A DNA stretch of 36,959 bases from Patescibacteria group bacterium (lineage in GTDB: Archaea > Thermoproteota > Bathyarchaeia > TCS64). The stretch is taken from the NCBI GenBank assembly GCA_035527235.1, contig DATLAV010000205.1:1-36959 (forward strand), given 5' to 3'. The notes beneath the pieces were generated by a model. The model saw nothing but the letters and a program-made list of their open reading frames with translations. It ran no database searches and was not told the origin of the DNA. A program made the translations under genes and the position numbers. Each line of letters begins with the position of its first letter. Within the stretch, counting starts at the first letter, position 1. This document shows positions 25,924 through 33,162 of this stretch, piece by piece.

Positions 25924-26745
25924 ATGAGGGTGTTCATATCAGTAGACATGGAAGGCATCTCGGGCATCGTCCACGGCAGCCAGACCGGCCGGGACAGCGG
26001 CGAATACCAGAAGGGGCGGGCGCTCATGGCCGGCGACGTCAACGCCGCCATCGAGGGAGCCCTCGCCTCGGGAGCCGAAGAGATAACGGTCTCCGACGGC
26101 CACGGAGGGATGAGGAACCTGCAGCCCGAGGACCTAAACAAAGCCGCCGTGCTCGTGAGGGGGTCACCGAAGCCCCTCACCCAGATGGCGGGGATCTCCC
26201 GGGACTTCGACGCCGCCCTGTTCATCGGCTACCACTCCAAGAAGGGCACCCTCCACGGCGTCCTCAGCCACACCATCTCGGGAGGTGTCATCGACAGCGT
26301 CACCATCAACGGCATGGAGGTCGGAGAGACCGTCATCAACGCCGCGATAGCGGGATACCACGGTGTGCCCCTCGTCTTCGTCTCCGGGGACCTCGCGGTC
26401 ACCAAGGAGGCCGAGGAGCTAGACCCCGGCATCGCGACGGTGGCGGTCAAGGAGGCCGTCTCCCGGTCAGCCGCCAAATGCCTCCACCCCGAGGTCGCTC
26501 GGCAGAAGATAAGGGAGGGCGTATCCGAGGCGCTGAAGAAGTCCCCAGTGGCACCCTTCACGTTCAAGCCACCCGTCGAGATCCTCGCCAAGTACACCAA
26601 CGCCCTCATGGCGGACGCCGTCGCCTTCATGCCTTCAGCCGAGAGGGTCGACGGCAGGACCGTCAGGTTCCTCCAGGACGACTACCTCAAAGCATTCGGC
26701 GCCCTCAGGGCATCCATCTACATCGCCGGCGCAGTCACAAGGTAG
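25924..26745 (+). CDS. dppA: M55 family D-aminopeptidase (DppA-like)
   Basis: The product reads MRVFISVDMEGISGIV, then VSDGHGGMRN, ALFIGYHSK and HTISGG. Confidence 0.85.
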   Translation: MRVFISVDMEGISGIVHGSQTGRDSGEYQKGRALMAGDVNAAIEGALASGAEEITVSDGHGGMRNLQPEDLNKAAVLVRGSPKPLTQMAGISRDFDAALFIGYHSKKGTLHGVLSHTISGGVIDSVTINGMEVGETVINAAIAGYHGVPLVFVSGDLAVTKEAEELDPGIATVAVKEAVSRSAAKCLHPEVARQKIREGVSEALKKSPVAPFTFKPPVEILAKYTNALMADAVAFMPSAERVDGRTVRFLQDDYLKAFGALRASIYIAGAVTR

Positions 26746-26760
26746 ACCCCCAACTCCCCC

Positions 26761-26806
26761 GCTTCAAAGAAAACGTGAAGAACACCCACCAAAACACAAC
26801 AACTTC
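26761..26806. repeat. A/C-rich element, copy B (see 3608..3664)
   Basis: The copy gcttcaaagaaaacgtgaagaacacccaccaaaacacaacaacttc shares ordered blocks with copy A. It lies 70 nt downstream of the 3' end of the minus-strand tRNA-CAU. Confidence 0.45.
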
Positions 26807-26875
26807 ATACCTACCAGACAACCCCCCAAAAACCCTAATGACCACCCACCGACGCGCGAAAAACCCCCAAAACGA

Positions 26876-26953
26876 TGGTGGGCCCGGAGGGATTTGAACC
26901 CACGACTCCCAGGTTATGAGCCTGGTGCTCTGGCCAAGCTGAGCTACGGGCCC
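26876..26953 (-). tRNA. tRNA with anticodon CAU (elongator Met or Ile2, not distinguishable by eye), CCA encoded
   Basis: The reverse complement is GGGCCCG TA GCTC AGCTTGGCCA GAGC A CCAGG CTCATAA CCTGG GAGTC GTGGG TTCAAAT CCCTC CGGGCCC A CCA. The T stem has one U-U mismatch. Confidence 0.88.
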
Positions 26954-26962
26954 CAGCAACAT

Positions 26963-27007
26963 ATTAACCGAACCCCACAGATAAATAAGGATTAACCCGA
27001 CCCCACA
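26963..27007. repeat. Two 17-nt imperfect direct repeats (15/17 identical) in the divergent tRNA-CAU/FUN14 intergenic region
   Basis: The repeats are attaaccgaaccccaca (26963-26979) and attaacccgaccccaca (26991-27007), separated by gataaataagg. A nearby aaggaac is also duplicated. Confidence 0.6.
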
Positions 27008-27044
27008 ACCCTTAAGGAACCCCAAGGAACAGATAGAACCTGAG

Positions 27045-27284
27045 ATGACAACACAGATCTGGGAGCCCATCGCCTACATATTCGCACAGGGGGGCCTCAC
27101 CGGCCTCATTGTCGGATTCGCCATCCGCAAGCTCAACAAGGTGATCGCCGCCGCCATCGGATTCCTCTTCCTCGTCATCAACCTCCTCTGGGTCGCGAAG
27201 ATGACGGAGATCGACCTCTCAATACCCCCCCAGGTAAACGCCATCATCGACATCGCCACAGCCCTCATCCCCTTCAGCTCCTAG
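27045..27284 (+). CDS. FUN14-family small membrane protein, apparently cut short by an in-frame TAG. The conserved C-terminal helix continues in frame to 27386.
   Basis: The product reads GGLTGLIVGFAIRKLNKVIAAAIGFLFLV, typical of FUN14. After the TAG at 27282-27284 the same frame reads DLAEAFGPSMPILTSLPFIGGAIVGLWIGFKLA, then TGA. Confidence 0.7.
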   Translation: MTTQIWEPIAYIFAQGGLTGLIVGFAIRKLNKVIAAAIGFLFLVINLLWVAKMTEIDLSIPPQVNAIIDIATALIPFSS

Positions 27285-27435
27285 GACCTCGCCGAGGCCT
27301 TCGGCCCATCAATGCCCATACTCACTAGCCTCCCCTTCATTGGCGGCGCCATCGTCGGCCTCTGGATCGGCTTCAAACTCGCATGAGCCCCCGGCAAGGT
27401 ATATAAATTCGTTAACCCTCTTACCTGTAGCCCGT

Positions 27436-27514
27436 GCTCCGGTGGTGTAGTCCGGACAAGCATTCTGGCCTTTCGAGTCAGAGATCCCGGGTTCGAATCC
27501 CGGCCGGAGCACCA
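27436..27514 (+). tRNA. tRNA-Glu (anticodon UUC), CCA encoded
   Basis: The fold is GCTCCGG TG GTGT AGTCCGGACAA GCAT T CTGGC CTTTCGA GTCAG AGATC CCGGG TTCGAAT CCCGG CCGGAGC A CCA. Confidence 0.9.
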
Positions 27515-27542
27515 TCCACCAACAAAGTCTGCAGGGGCATGA

Positions 27543-27551
27543 TTTTTATTT
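27543..27551 (+). terminator. T-rich tract (tttttattt) downstream of tRNA-Glu, next to the palindrome atttcgaaat
   Basis: It lies 29 nt after the tRNA 3' end. Oligo-T is the usual archaeal termination signal. Confidence 0.45.
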
Positions 27552-27601
27552 CGAAATCATTTCTGAAATCCCTGTGATCCCGCGGAAGGTGACATGAATG
27601 G

Positions 27602-27712
27602 ATGACCATGGAGCTGCGGGACTACCTCAACGAGGAGGGCTACAACATCACCGTGGAGGAGGTGGAGACCATAGAGCAGGCCTACCTCAAACTAACCTCC
27701 GCCAACGGTTAG
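27602..27712 (+). CDS. Small GC3-rich ORF (36 aa), either a hypothetical protein or a remnant of a degraded gene
   Basis: The product is MTMELRDYLNEEGYNITVEEVETIEQAYLKLTSANG. Its codon third positions are strongly G/C like the real genes here. No family was recognised. Confidence 0.25.
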   Translation: MTMELRDYLNEEGYNITVEEVETIEQAYLKLTSANG

Positions 27713-27765
27713 ACATATCGCCCACCTAAACCTGTTTAAAGCCACCCGACGCCCTAGGATCACCG

Positions 27766-28191
27766 ATGGAGAGGCTCACGAGGGCCGAGTTCACCAACCT
27801 GGATAAGGCCCTCTACCCTGATGCGGGCGTCGGCAAGTTCACCATGAGGACGAAGGAGTACCCGGTCATGATACACGAATACAAGAACTCACTGCTGCTG
27901 ACAACCCTCAGATACAGCTACGAGGTCGTCGACCCCAACGACGTGGAAGCCCTCAAGGTCGTCAATGAGCCCAGCGAAGAGGAGCTGGAGCTGGCCACCA
28001 AGATCATCGAGAACCTCTCAGGGGAGTTCGACATCACGGAGTACAGGGACGACTTCAGGGAGAGGGTGGAAGACCTCGTCACCAAGAAGATGAAGGGCGA
28101 GACCATCCTCGTAGAGGAGTCAAAGAAGGAGGAGGTGAAGGAGCTGATGACGGCCCTCCAGGAGACGCTGCAGCAGCTCCAAGGAAAATGA
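27766..28191 (+). CDS. ku: Ku-family protein fragment (C-terminal half only; the N-terminal ~105-135 aa of the Ku core are absent)
   Basis: The product reads LLLTTLRYSYEVVDPNDV and PSEEELELATKIIENLSGEFDITEYRDDFRERVEDLVTKKMKGE, matching the distal part of the bacterial Ku core. It is only 141 aa against a typical ~260-300. Its stop overlaps the ligase ATG as ATGA. Confidence 0.75.
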   Translation: MERLTRAEFTNLDKALYPDAGVGKFTMRTKEYPVMIHEYKNSLLLTTLRYSYEVVDPNDVEALKVVNEPSEEELELATKIIENLSGEFDITEYRDDFRERVEDLVTKKMKGETILVEESKKEEVKELMTALQETLQQLQGK

Positions 28192-29579
28192 AAAGATACA
28201 AACCCATGCTAGCGCGGGAGGCAAAGGAGCCCTTCATGTCCCCCGAATGGATATTCGAGCCCAAGTGGGACGGGATAAGGGCCATCGCCTACGTAGGAGA
28301 GGAACTCAGCCTCCGGAGCAGGAACGACAAGGAGCTAATCGACAGGTTCCCCGAGCTCGATGAGCTGAAGGAGCTTGCCGAGGACGTCGTCCTCGACGGC
28401 GAGATCATAGTGATGAGGGAGGGCAGTGTCGACTTCCAGGCCGTGCTCAGGAGGATGCAGCAGAGCGACGAGCGCGAGATCGCCAGGCAATCAGCCAGGG
28501 CGCCCGCCAGCTACGTAGTCTTCGACATACTGGAGAAGGACGGCGAGACCCTCACTGACCTACCTCTAACCGAGAGGAAGAGAATACTGAAGGAGAGCCT
28601 CCAGGAGGGAGGGCGGGTCACCCACTCGCCCTACGTCGAGAACACTGGCGAGAACTACTACAAGGCAGCTGTCCAGACCGGGCTCGAGGGACTGGTAGCT
28701 AAGAAGAAGGGCGGTCGGTACATACAGGGCAAGAGTGAGAGCTGGCTCAAGATCAAAGATTTGAAGACCTGCGACTGCGTCATCGTCGGCTACACGATCG
28801 GGAGGGGGATGAGGGACACCACCTTCGGCGCTCTGCTGCTGGGGCTCTACGACGAAGATGAGCTCATCTACGTGGGCAAGGTCGGCATCGGGTTCAGCGA
28901 CCTCGACCTGTACAACCTGAGCGGTCTATTCAAAGGCATCGAGGTGGAAGAAGAGACCATACCGAACGTCGACGTGCTCGAGGTGGTCACCTGGCTGAAG
29001 CCTGTGCTCGTATGTAATGTAGGTTACCAGACGGTCACCGAGGAGGGAGGGCTCAGGATACCCCGGTTCCTCGATATGAGAGCGAAAAAAGACCCGAGGG
29101 AGTGCCAGATCGATCAGATAAGGCCCCCGGAACTGGGCGTGTACAGGGAGATGAGGGACTTCAGCGTCACTCCCGAGCCCGAAGGGGGCACGATTAAAAA
29201 CATAGGGAAGAGGTTCGTGGTGCAGGAGCATCACGCGAGCAGACTCCACTACGACCTCCGCCTCGAGCGGGGTGGCGTCCTGAAGAGTTGGGCGGTGCCC
29301 AAGGGAGTCCCGGAGAAGCCCGGCATCAGGAGGCTCGCGGTGCACGTCGAGGACCACCCCCTGGAGTATGGGGATTTCGAGGGTACGATCCCGGCGGGGG
29401 AGTACGGGGCAGGCACAGTCACCATATGGGACAGCGGTCTCTATGAGCCATTGATCTGGCAGGAGGACAAGATCGAGTTCATACTCCAGGGGGAACGCCT
29501 CGGCGGGAGGTACGTCCTGGTCAGGCTCAAGAAGGCCAAGGAGAATGAATGGCTCCTCCTGAAGGCGAAGGACGAGTGA
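28188..29579 (+). CDS. ligD: LigD-like ATP-dependent DNA ligase fused to a C-terminal 3'-phosphoesterase (PE) domain
   Basis: Ligase motifs are I [18 protein letters not shown], IIIa YVVFDIL, IV EGLVAKK, V WLKIK and VI [15 protein letters not shown]. The PE domain reads [18 protein letters not shown]...[10 protein letters not shown]...[24 protein letters not shown]. Confidence 0.88.
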   Translation: [463 protein letters not shown]

Positions 29580-29628
29580 CAGATGCCCACCGACGTGGAT
29601 CACCTGAGAAGACTGATGGAGGATCAGG

Positions 29629-30000
29629 TCAACCCTTCGTCTTGAAAAGCAGCCAGTTCTCAGGCTTCTCGGTGAAGTGAACAAGGGTGTACCTGCCCTT
29701 CATCTTACCACCGACCAGTTCGAAGACTAGTTTATCGGGCTTCCTGCTCTCGAGGGTGAAGTACCCCGCGTCCCAGATCTCCACGGTGCCAGCGCCGTAC
29801 TCACCCTCCGGGATCGTACCCTCGAAGGATATGTAGTCGAGGGGATGATCCTCAACCTGGACCGCCAACCTTCGGAGGCCCGGGCTCGTGGGTGGCTCCT
29901 TCGGTACGGCCCAGCTCTTCAAGACACCGTCCATCTCCAGCCTGAAGTCCCAGTGCAGGTGGCTCGCATCGTGCTCCTAGACGACGAAACGCCCCTTCAC
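29629..30000 (-). pseudogene. Stand-alone LigD-type 3'-phosphoesterase (PE) gene interrupted by an in-frame TAG at codon 8
   Basis: The minus strand from the GTG at 30000 reads (M)[35 protein letters not shown].... The paralog in ligD has [18 protein letters not shown] at this point, so CAG (Gln) corresponds to the TAG at 29977-29979. The residual ORF 29629..29934 lacks the N-terminal His motif. Confidence 0.75.
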
Positions 30001-30188
30001 GTTACCCTCTTCCCCGGCCCCAATCGATACACCATGTAACTGAGACGGCCCTCTCGAATAAACCAATAGGCGTGCTCTCGTCCAACTTGATTGCTAAATT
30101 CGTACCAAAAAAGAGTGTTTAACAGGAACCTGAACTGCGGAGATACCCTCATTTTTATTAATGACGGGTTCCCATCCCGAATCTGTCT

Positions 30189-30195
30189 GAGGTGA
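30189..30195 (+). promoter_or_regulatory. Shine-Dalgarno-like GAGGTGA upstream of sucC
   Basis: It lies 7 nt upstream of the TTG start at 30203. Confidence 0.5.
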
Positions 30196-30202
30196 TTTTC
30201 CG

Positions 30203-31342
30203 TTGAAGCTCCTCGAATATCAGGCGAAGCAAATCTTCGCCAAGTACGGGATACCCACACCTAAAAGCAAGCTGGCCGAGTCTCCGAATGAAGCACAGGA
30301 TGCTGCAAGGGAGATGGGAACCCCCGTTGTGATCAAGGCCCAGCTCCTCGTGGGTGGAAGGGGGAAGGCTGGTGGCATCGTCTTTGCAGACGACCCCGCT
30401 GATGCATTCAAGGTCGCCAGCGGGCTTCTCGGTAAAAAGATCAAGGACATCGAGGTCAGGAAGGCCCTCGTCGAGGAGAAGCTAGACATCAAGGACGAGA
30501 TCTATCTGGGAATAATCGTGGATCGGCAGAGAGGGACATATGTGGTCCTAGCCTCCGCTGAGGGGGGCGTTGACATAGAGGAGGTTGCGAGGGTCGCCCC
30601 TGAGAAGATCATCAGGTTCCCCGTCGATCCCCTTCTGGGCCTCAAGACTTACCATGGACTAAGGATCGCCAGGCAGCTAGGATACTCAGGTTCCGAAATG
30701 CAGGCCCTCGCAAGCCTGATTACAAAGCTATACCGAGTGGCGGTCGAGACGGATGCAGAGCTCACGGAGATTAACCCCCTGGCTGTGACCGATAAGGGTT
30801 TCATAGCGGCTGACGCCAGGCTGAACGTGGACAACAACGCCCTGTTCAGGCACAGGGACCTGGTAGAGGCATCAGAGGACAGGGGAGGAGAGTTCTCAGA
30901 GAGGGAGATGGAGGCGAAGGAGAAGGGCCTCACCTACGTAGAGCTCGATGGAAACATCGGGGTGATAGGAAACGGAGCCGGCCTCACCATGGCTACGATA
31001 GACACCGTCACACTAAAGGGAGGGAGGCCCGCCAACTTCCTGGACCTCGGAGGGGGGGCGACCCCGGAGAGGATAGAAAAGGCCGTCACATTTGTCCTTT
31101 CCGACTCAAGGGTCGACGCACTCCTTGTCAACATCCTGGGCGGAATCACCAGGTGCGACGACACGGCGAAGGGTATCATACAAGCGAGGGAGCACACTAG
31201 GACTGAGAAGCCGATCGTGGTGCGAATGATGGGAACCAACGAGGATGAGGGTAAACAGCTCCTGGCCGAGTTGGGCATAGACACCCTGGATACCATGGAG
31301 GAGGCCGCCGAGAGGGCGGTGGCCCTTGCGAGAGGTGAATAA
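30203..31342 (+). CDS. sucC: Succinate--CoA ligase, beta subunit
   Basis: The product reads (M)[19 protein letters not shown] and [17 protein letters not shown]. The TTG start aligns exactly with the canonical SucC N-terminus. Confidence 0.9.
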   Translation: MKLLEYQAKQIFAKYGIPTPKSKLAESPNEAQDAAREMGTPVVIKAQLLVGGRGKAGGIVFADDPADAFKVASGLLGKKIKDIEVRKALVEEKLDIKDEIYLGIIVDRQRGTYVVLASAEGGVDIEEVARVAPEKIIRFPVDPLLGLKTYHGLRIARQLGYSGSEMQALASLITKLYRVAVETDAELTEINPLAVTDKGFIAADARLNVDNNALFRHRDLVEASEDRGGEFSEREMEAKEKGLTYVELDGNIGVIGNGAGLTMATIDTVTLKGGRPANFLDLGGGATPERIEKAVTFVLSDSRVDALLVNILGGITRCDDTAKGIIQAREHTRTEKPIVVRMMGTNEDEGKQLLAELGIDTLDTMEEAAERAVALARGE

Positions 31343-31343
31343 T

Positions 31344-32216
31344 GTGACCAGATTCGTAAACAAGAGCACACGTGCACTGGTGCAGGGGATCACGGGCACC
31401 CAGGGACGCTTCCACACGGAGCTCATGCTGGAGTACGGCACCCAGATCGTGGCCGGCGTCACCCCCGGGAAGGGAGGCGAGATCGTCCACGGCGTCCCCG
31501 TCTACGACACCGTGGAAGAGGCAAGAGTTGAGCTCAACGCGAACGCATCGATCATCTACGTCCCCGCACGCTTCGCCCTAGACGCCGTCCTAGAGGCCAT
31601 CGAGGCTGACCTCGACCCCGTGGTCGTGATTACCGAGGGCATACCAGTGAGGGACACCATCGAGATGGTCGCTAGGGCCAAGGCGAAGGGGACCACGATT
31701 GTGGGGCCCAACTGCCCAGGGCTCATCAAGCCGGGTGAGTGCAAGCTCGGTATAATGCCCGCCCAGATATTCCGCGAGGGATCTATCGGAATAGTCTCTC
31801 GGAGCGGGACCCTGTTCTACGAGATAGCAGCCCACGTCAGCAGGATAGGACTCGGCCAGTCTACCTGTGTAGGCCTCGGCGGCGACCCGGTCGTGGGGCT
31901 GAGCTTCATAGACGTGCTGAAGTGGTTCGAGGAGGACGATGAGACAGAGGCCGTGGCCATCATAGGGGAGATTGGGGGGGACGCCGAGGAGAGAGCAGCC
32001 CGGTTCATTGCGGACGGGGGCTTCACGAAGCCTGCTGCGGCATACATCGCCGGGAGAGCTGCTGTCGCGGGGAAGAGGATGGGCCACGCCGGGGCGATCA
32101 TTGAAGGCTCATCAGGGACAGCCGAAGGAAAGATGAAGGCCCTCGGGGAGGCGGGCGTCTCAATAGGAGACCAGCCGGTCAGGGTAGCCGAGATACTGAA
32201 GGATAGACTAGCCTAG
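31344..32216 (+). CDS. sucD: Succinate--CoA ligase, alpha subunit
   Basis: The product reads [32 protein letters not shown] and SRSGTL, with a phosphohistidine loop MGHAGAI. I prefer the GTG at 31344 (SD GAGGTGA 5 nt upstream). GTG 31335 and TTG 31326 are alternatives. Confidence 0.88.
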   Translation: MTRFVNKSTRALVQGITGTQGRFHTELMLEYGTQIVAGVTPGKGGEIVHGVPVYDTVEEARVELNANASIIYVPARFALDAVLEAIEADLDPVVVITEGIPVRDTIEMVARAKAKGTTIVGPNCPGLIKPGECKLGIMPAQIFREGSIGIVSRSGTLFYEIAAHVSRIGLGQSTCVGLGGDPVVGLSFIDVLKWFEEDDETEAVAIIGEIGGDAEERAARFIADGGFTKPAAAYIAGRAAVAGKRMGHAGAIIEGSSGTAEGKMKALGEAGVSIGDQPVRVAEILKDRLA

Positions 32217-32761
32217 CTCTCCTCGACCAGAGCCAGAAGATTCTCGACCATCCTGTAGGTGAGACCCCATACGACGTCATCCCCGACATGGAAGACTGGG
32301 GTGTCAAATCGGTTCTTGACAATAGTCCTCCCCCTCGAGCTCGGGAGGTCGCTGAACTTGGTCCACACGTACTTTGAGAGCTCCTCGTTTATCCTGATCT
32401 CGGGCACCTCGTCGAGGAGGAAGATCATGGGCAGGACGCGCATACCGGGCCTAGCGTTCGACAGAACCTCCTCCATCATCCCGAGGAATCGCCCCGCCGT
32501 GAGGTCGATGCTCGTCTCCTCTGAGACCTCCCTGACCACCGTGTCATGGATGGTCTCGTCACCGGGATGCCTTTTACCCCCGGGAAAAGCCATATCTCCG
32601 GACCAGGGGTCTCCGAGCACCACGGCCCTCTTCACTAGCAGCAGCTTAAGCCCATCATCCTCCTCAAGGAATACGACAGCGACAGCTGCGATGGCCTTCT
32701 CGCCACCTTCTTGCCTCAGCTTGGCGCTGATCCTATCGAGGGGCTCCGGCAGTGACATCAA
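32213..32761 (-). CDS. NUDIX hydrolase, CoA pyrophosphatase-like
   Basis: The product reads LLLVKRA....[13 protein letters not shown], followed by the Nudix box [19 protein letters not shown]. Confidence 0.8.
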   Translation of the reverse strand: MMSLPEPLDRISAKLRQEGGEKAIAAVAVVFLEEDDGLKLLLVKRAVVLGDPWSGDMAFPGGKRHPGDETIHDTVVREVSEETSIDLTAGRFLGMMEEVLSNARPGMRVLPMIFLLDEVPEIRINEELSKYVWTKFSDLPSSRGRTIVKNRFDTPVFHVGDDVVWGLTYRMVENLLALVEES

Positions 32762-32880
32762 CTTCTCCCGCGCAATAATGTCAACACCTTAAAATAAGCT
32801 AATCTGAAAGAAGGCCCCTGGTGGACAACATTTTTTAAGTCTTGCACACATTTCGAAAAAACCAACCTAAGGATGGCGTC

Positions 32881-33135
32881 ATGAGCGGAGATAATAAGGT
32901 GGAAGAGCTGACCTCTCTGGAGCGAAATATGAAGCAGATGGAGCTGCTCCGTAAGAGAATGGGAAGCATCAAGCACAAGATCGCAGTTATAAGCGGTAAG
33001 GGGGGCGTCGGCAAGAGCCTGGTCACAGTGAACCTCGCTGTCGCCCTCGCGATGGCAGGACGAAAGGGAAAGGTGGGGATCCTGGACGCCGACATCCACG
33101 GCCCAAGCGTGCCCGAGATGATGGGGCTGAAGTGA
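32881..33135 (+). CDS. Mrp/ApbC/NBP35-family Fe-S cluster carrier ATPase, N-terminal segment, ending at an in-frame TGA
   Basis: The product reads [13 protein letters not shown] (deviant Walker A), then [19 protein letters not shown] and a TGA at 33133-33135. I prefer the ATG at 32881 over the TTG at 32842. Confidence 0.8.
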   Translation: MSGDNKVEELTSLERNMKQMELLRKRMGSIKHKIAVISGKGGVGKSLVTVNLAVALAMAGRKGKVGILDADIHGPSVPEMMGLK

Positions 33136-33162
33136 GAGCGCTTACCCGCGGGTCCACCCGGG

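Noticed and set aside
26735-27070. ORFs overlapping tRNA genes: 26735..27070-, 12090..12317+, 12129..12311-, 27309..27515- and the 3454..3573 part of 2884..3573-
   Set aside because: Their translations contain the tell-tale T-arm peptides (WVQIPPGPP, GFEPMT, GFEPGI). These are tRNA genes or fragments, not coding sequence.
27515-27601. A possible extreme N-terminal Ku remnant (FEIISEIPVIPRKV compared with the Ku FGLVNIPVK motif)
   Set aside because: The stretch is AT-rich, contains the tRNA-Glu oligo-T terminator and a palindrome, and the match is only a few residues long. It is most likely coincidence.
28926-29684. A 252-aa minus-strand ORF. Similar long antisense ORFs occur inside the helicase (for example 11084..11911-, 10370..11014-, 8333..8764-) and inside porAB (19969..20652-).
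   Set aside because: All lie opposite genes with strong motif-level homology and have no recognisable motifs of their own.
29997-30260. An 87-aa minus-strand ORF spanning the sucC promoter and start
   Set aside because: It overlaps the sucC N-terminus and its AT-rich upstream region, has poor codon bias and has no homology signal.
27282-33135. Pyrrolysine (TAG) or selenocysteine (TGA) recoding as the explanation for the three in-frame stops
   Set aside because: TAG and TGA each terminate many well-delimited genes in this window. TAG ends the MTase, helicase, aspS, galM, porAB, sucD, NUDIX and mrp. TGA ends the MFS transporter, the CoA-transferase, alba, ku, ligD, porG, porD and tldD. The interrupted positions are not catalytic Cys/Sec or Pyl-type sites, and one is a conserved Gln. 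No pyl or sel genes are seen. Nonsense mutation, sequencing error or leaky read-through is more parsimonious.
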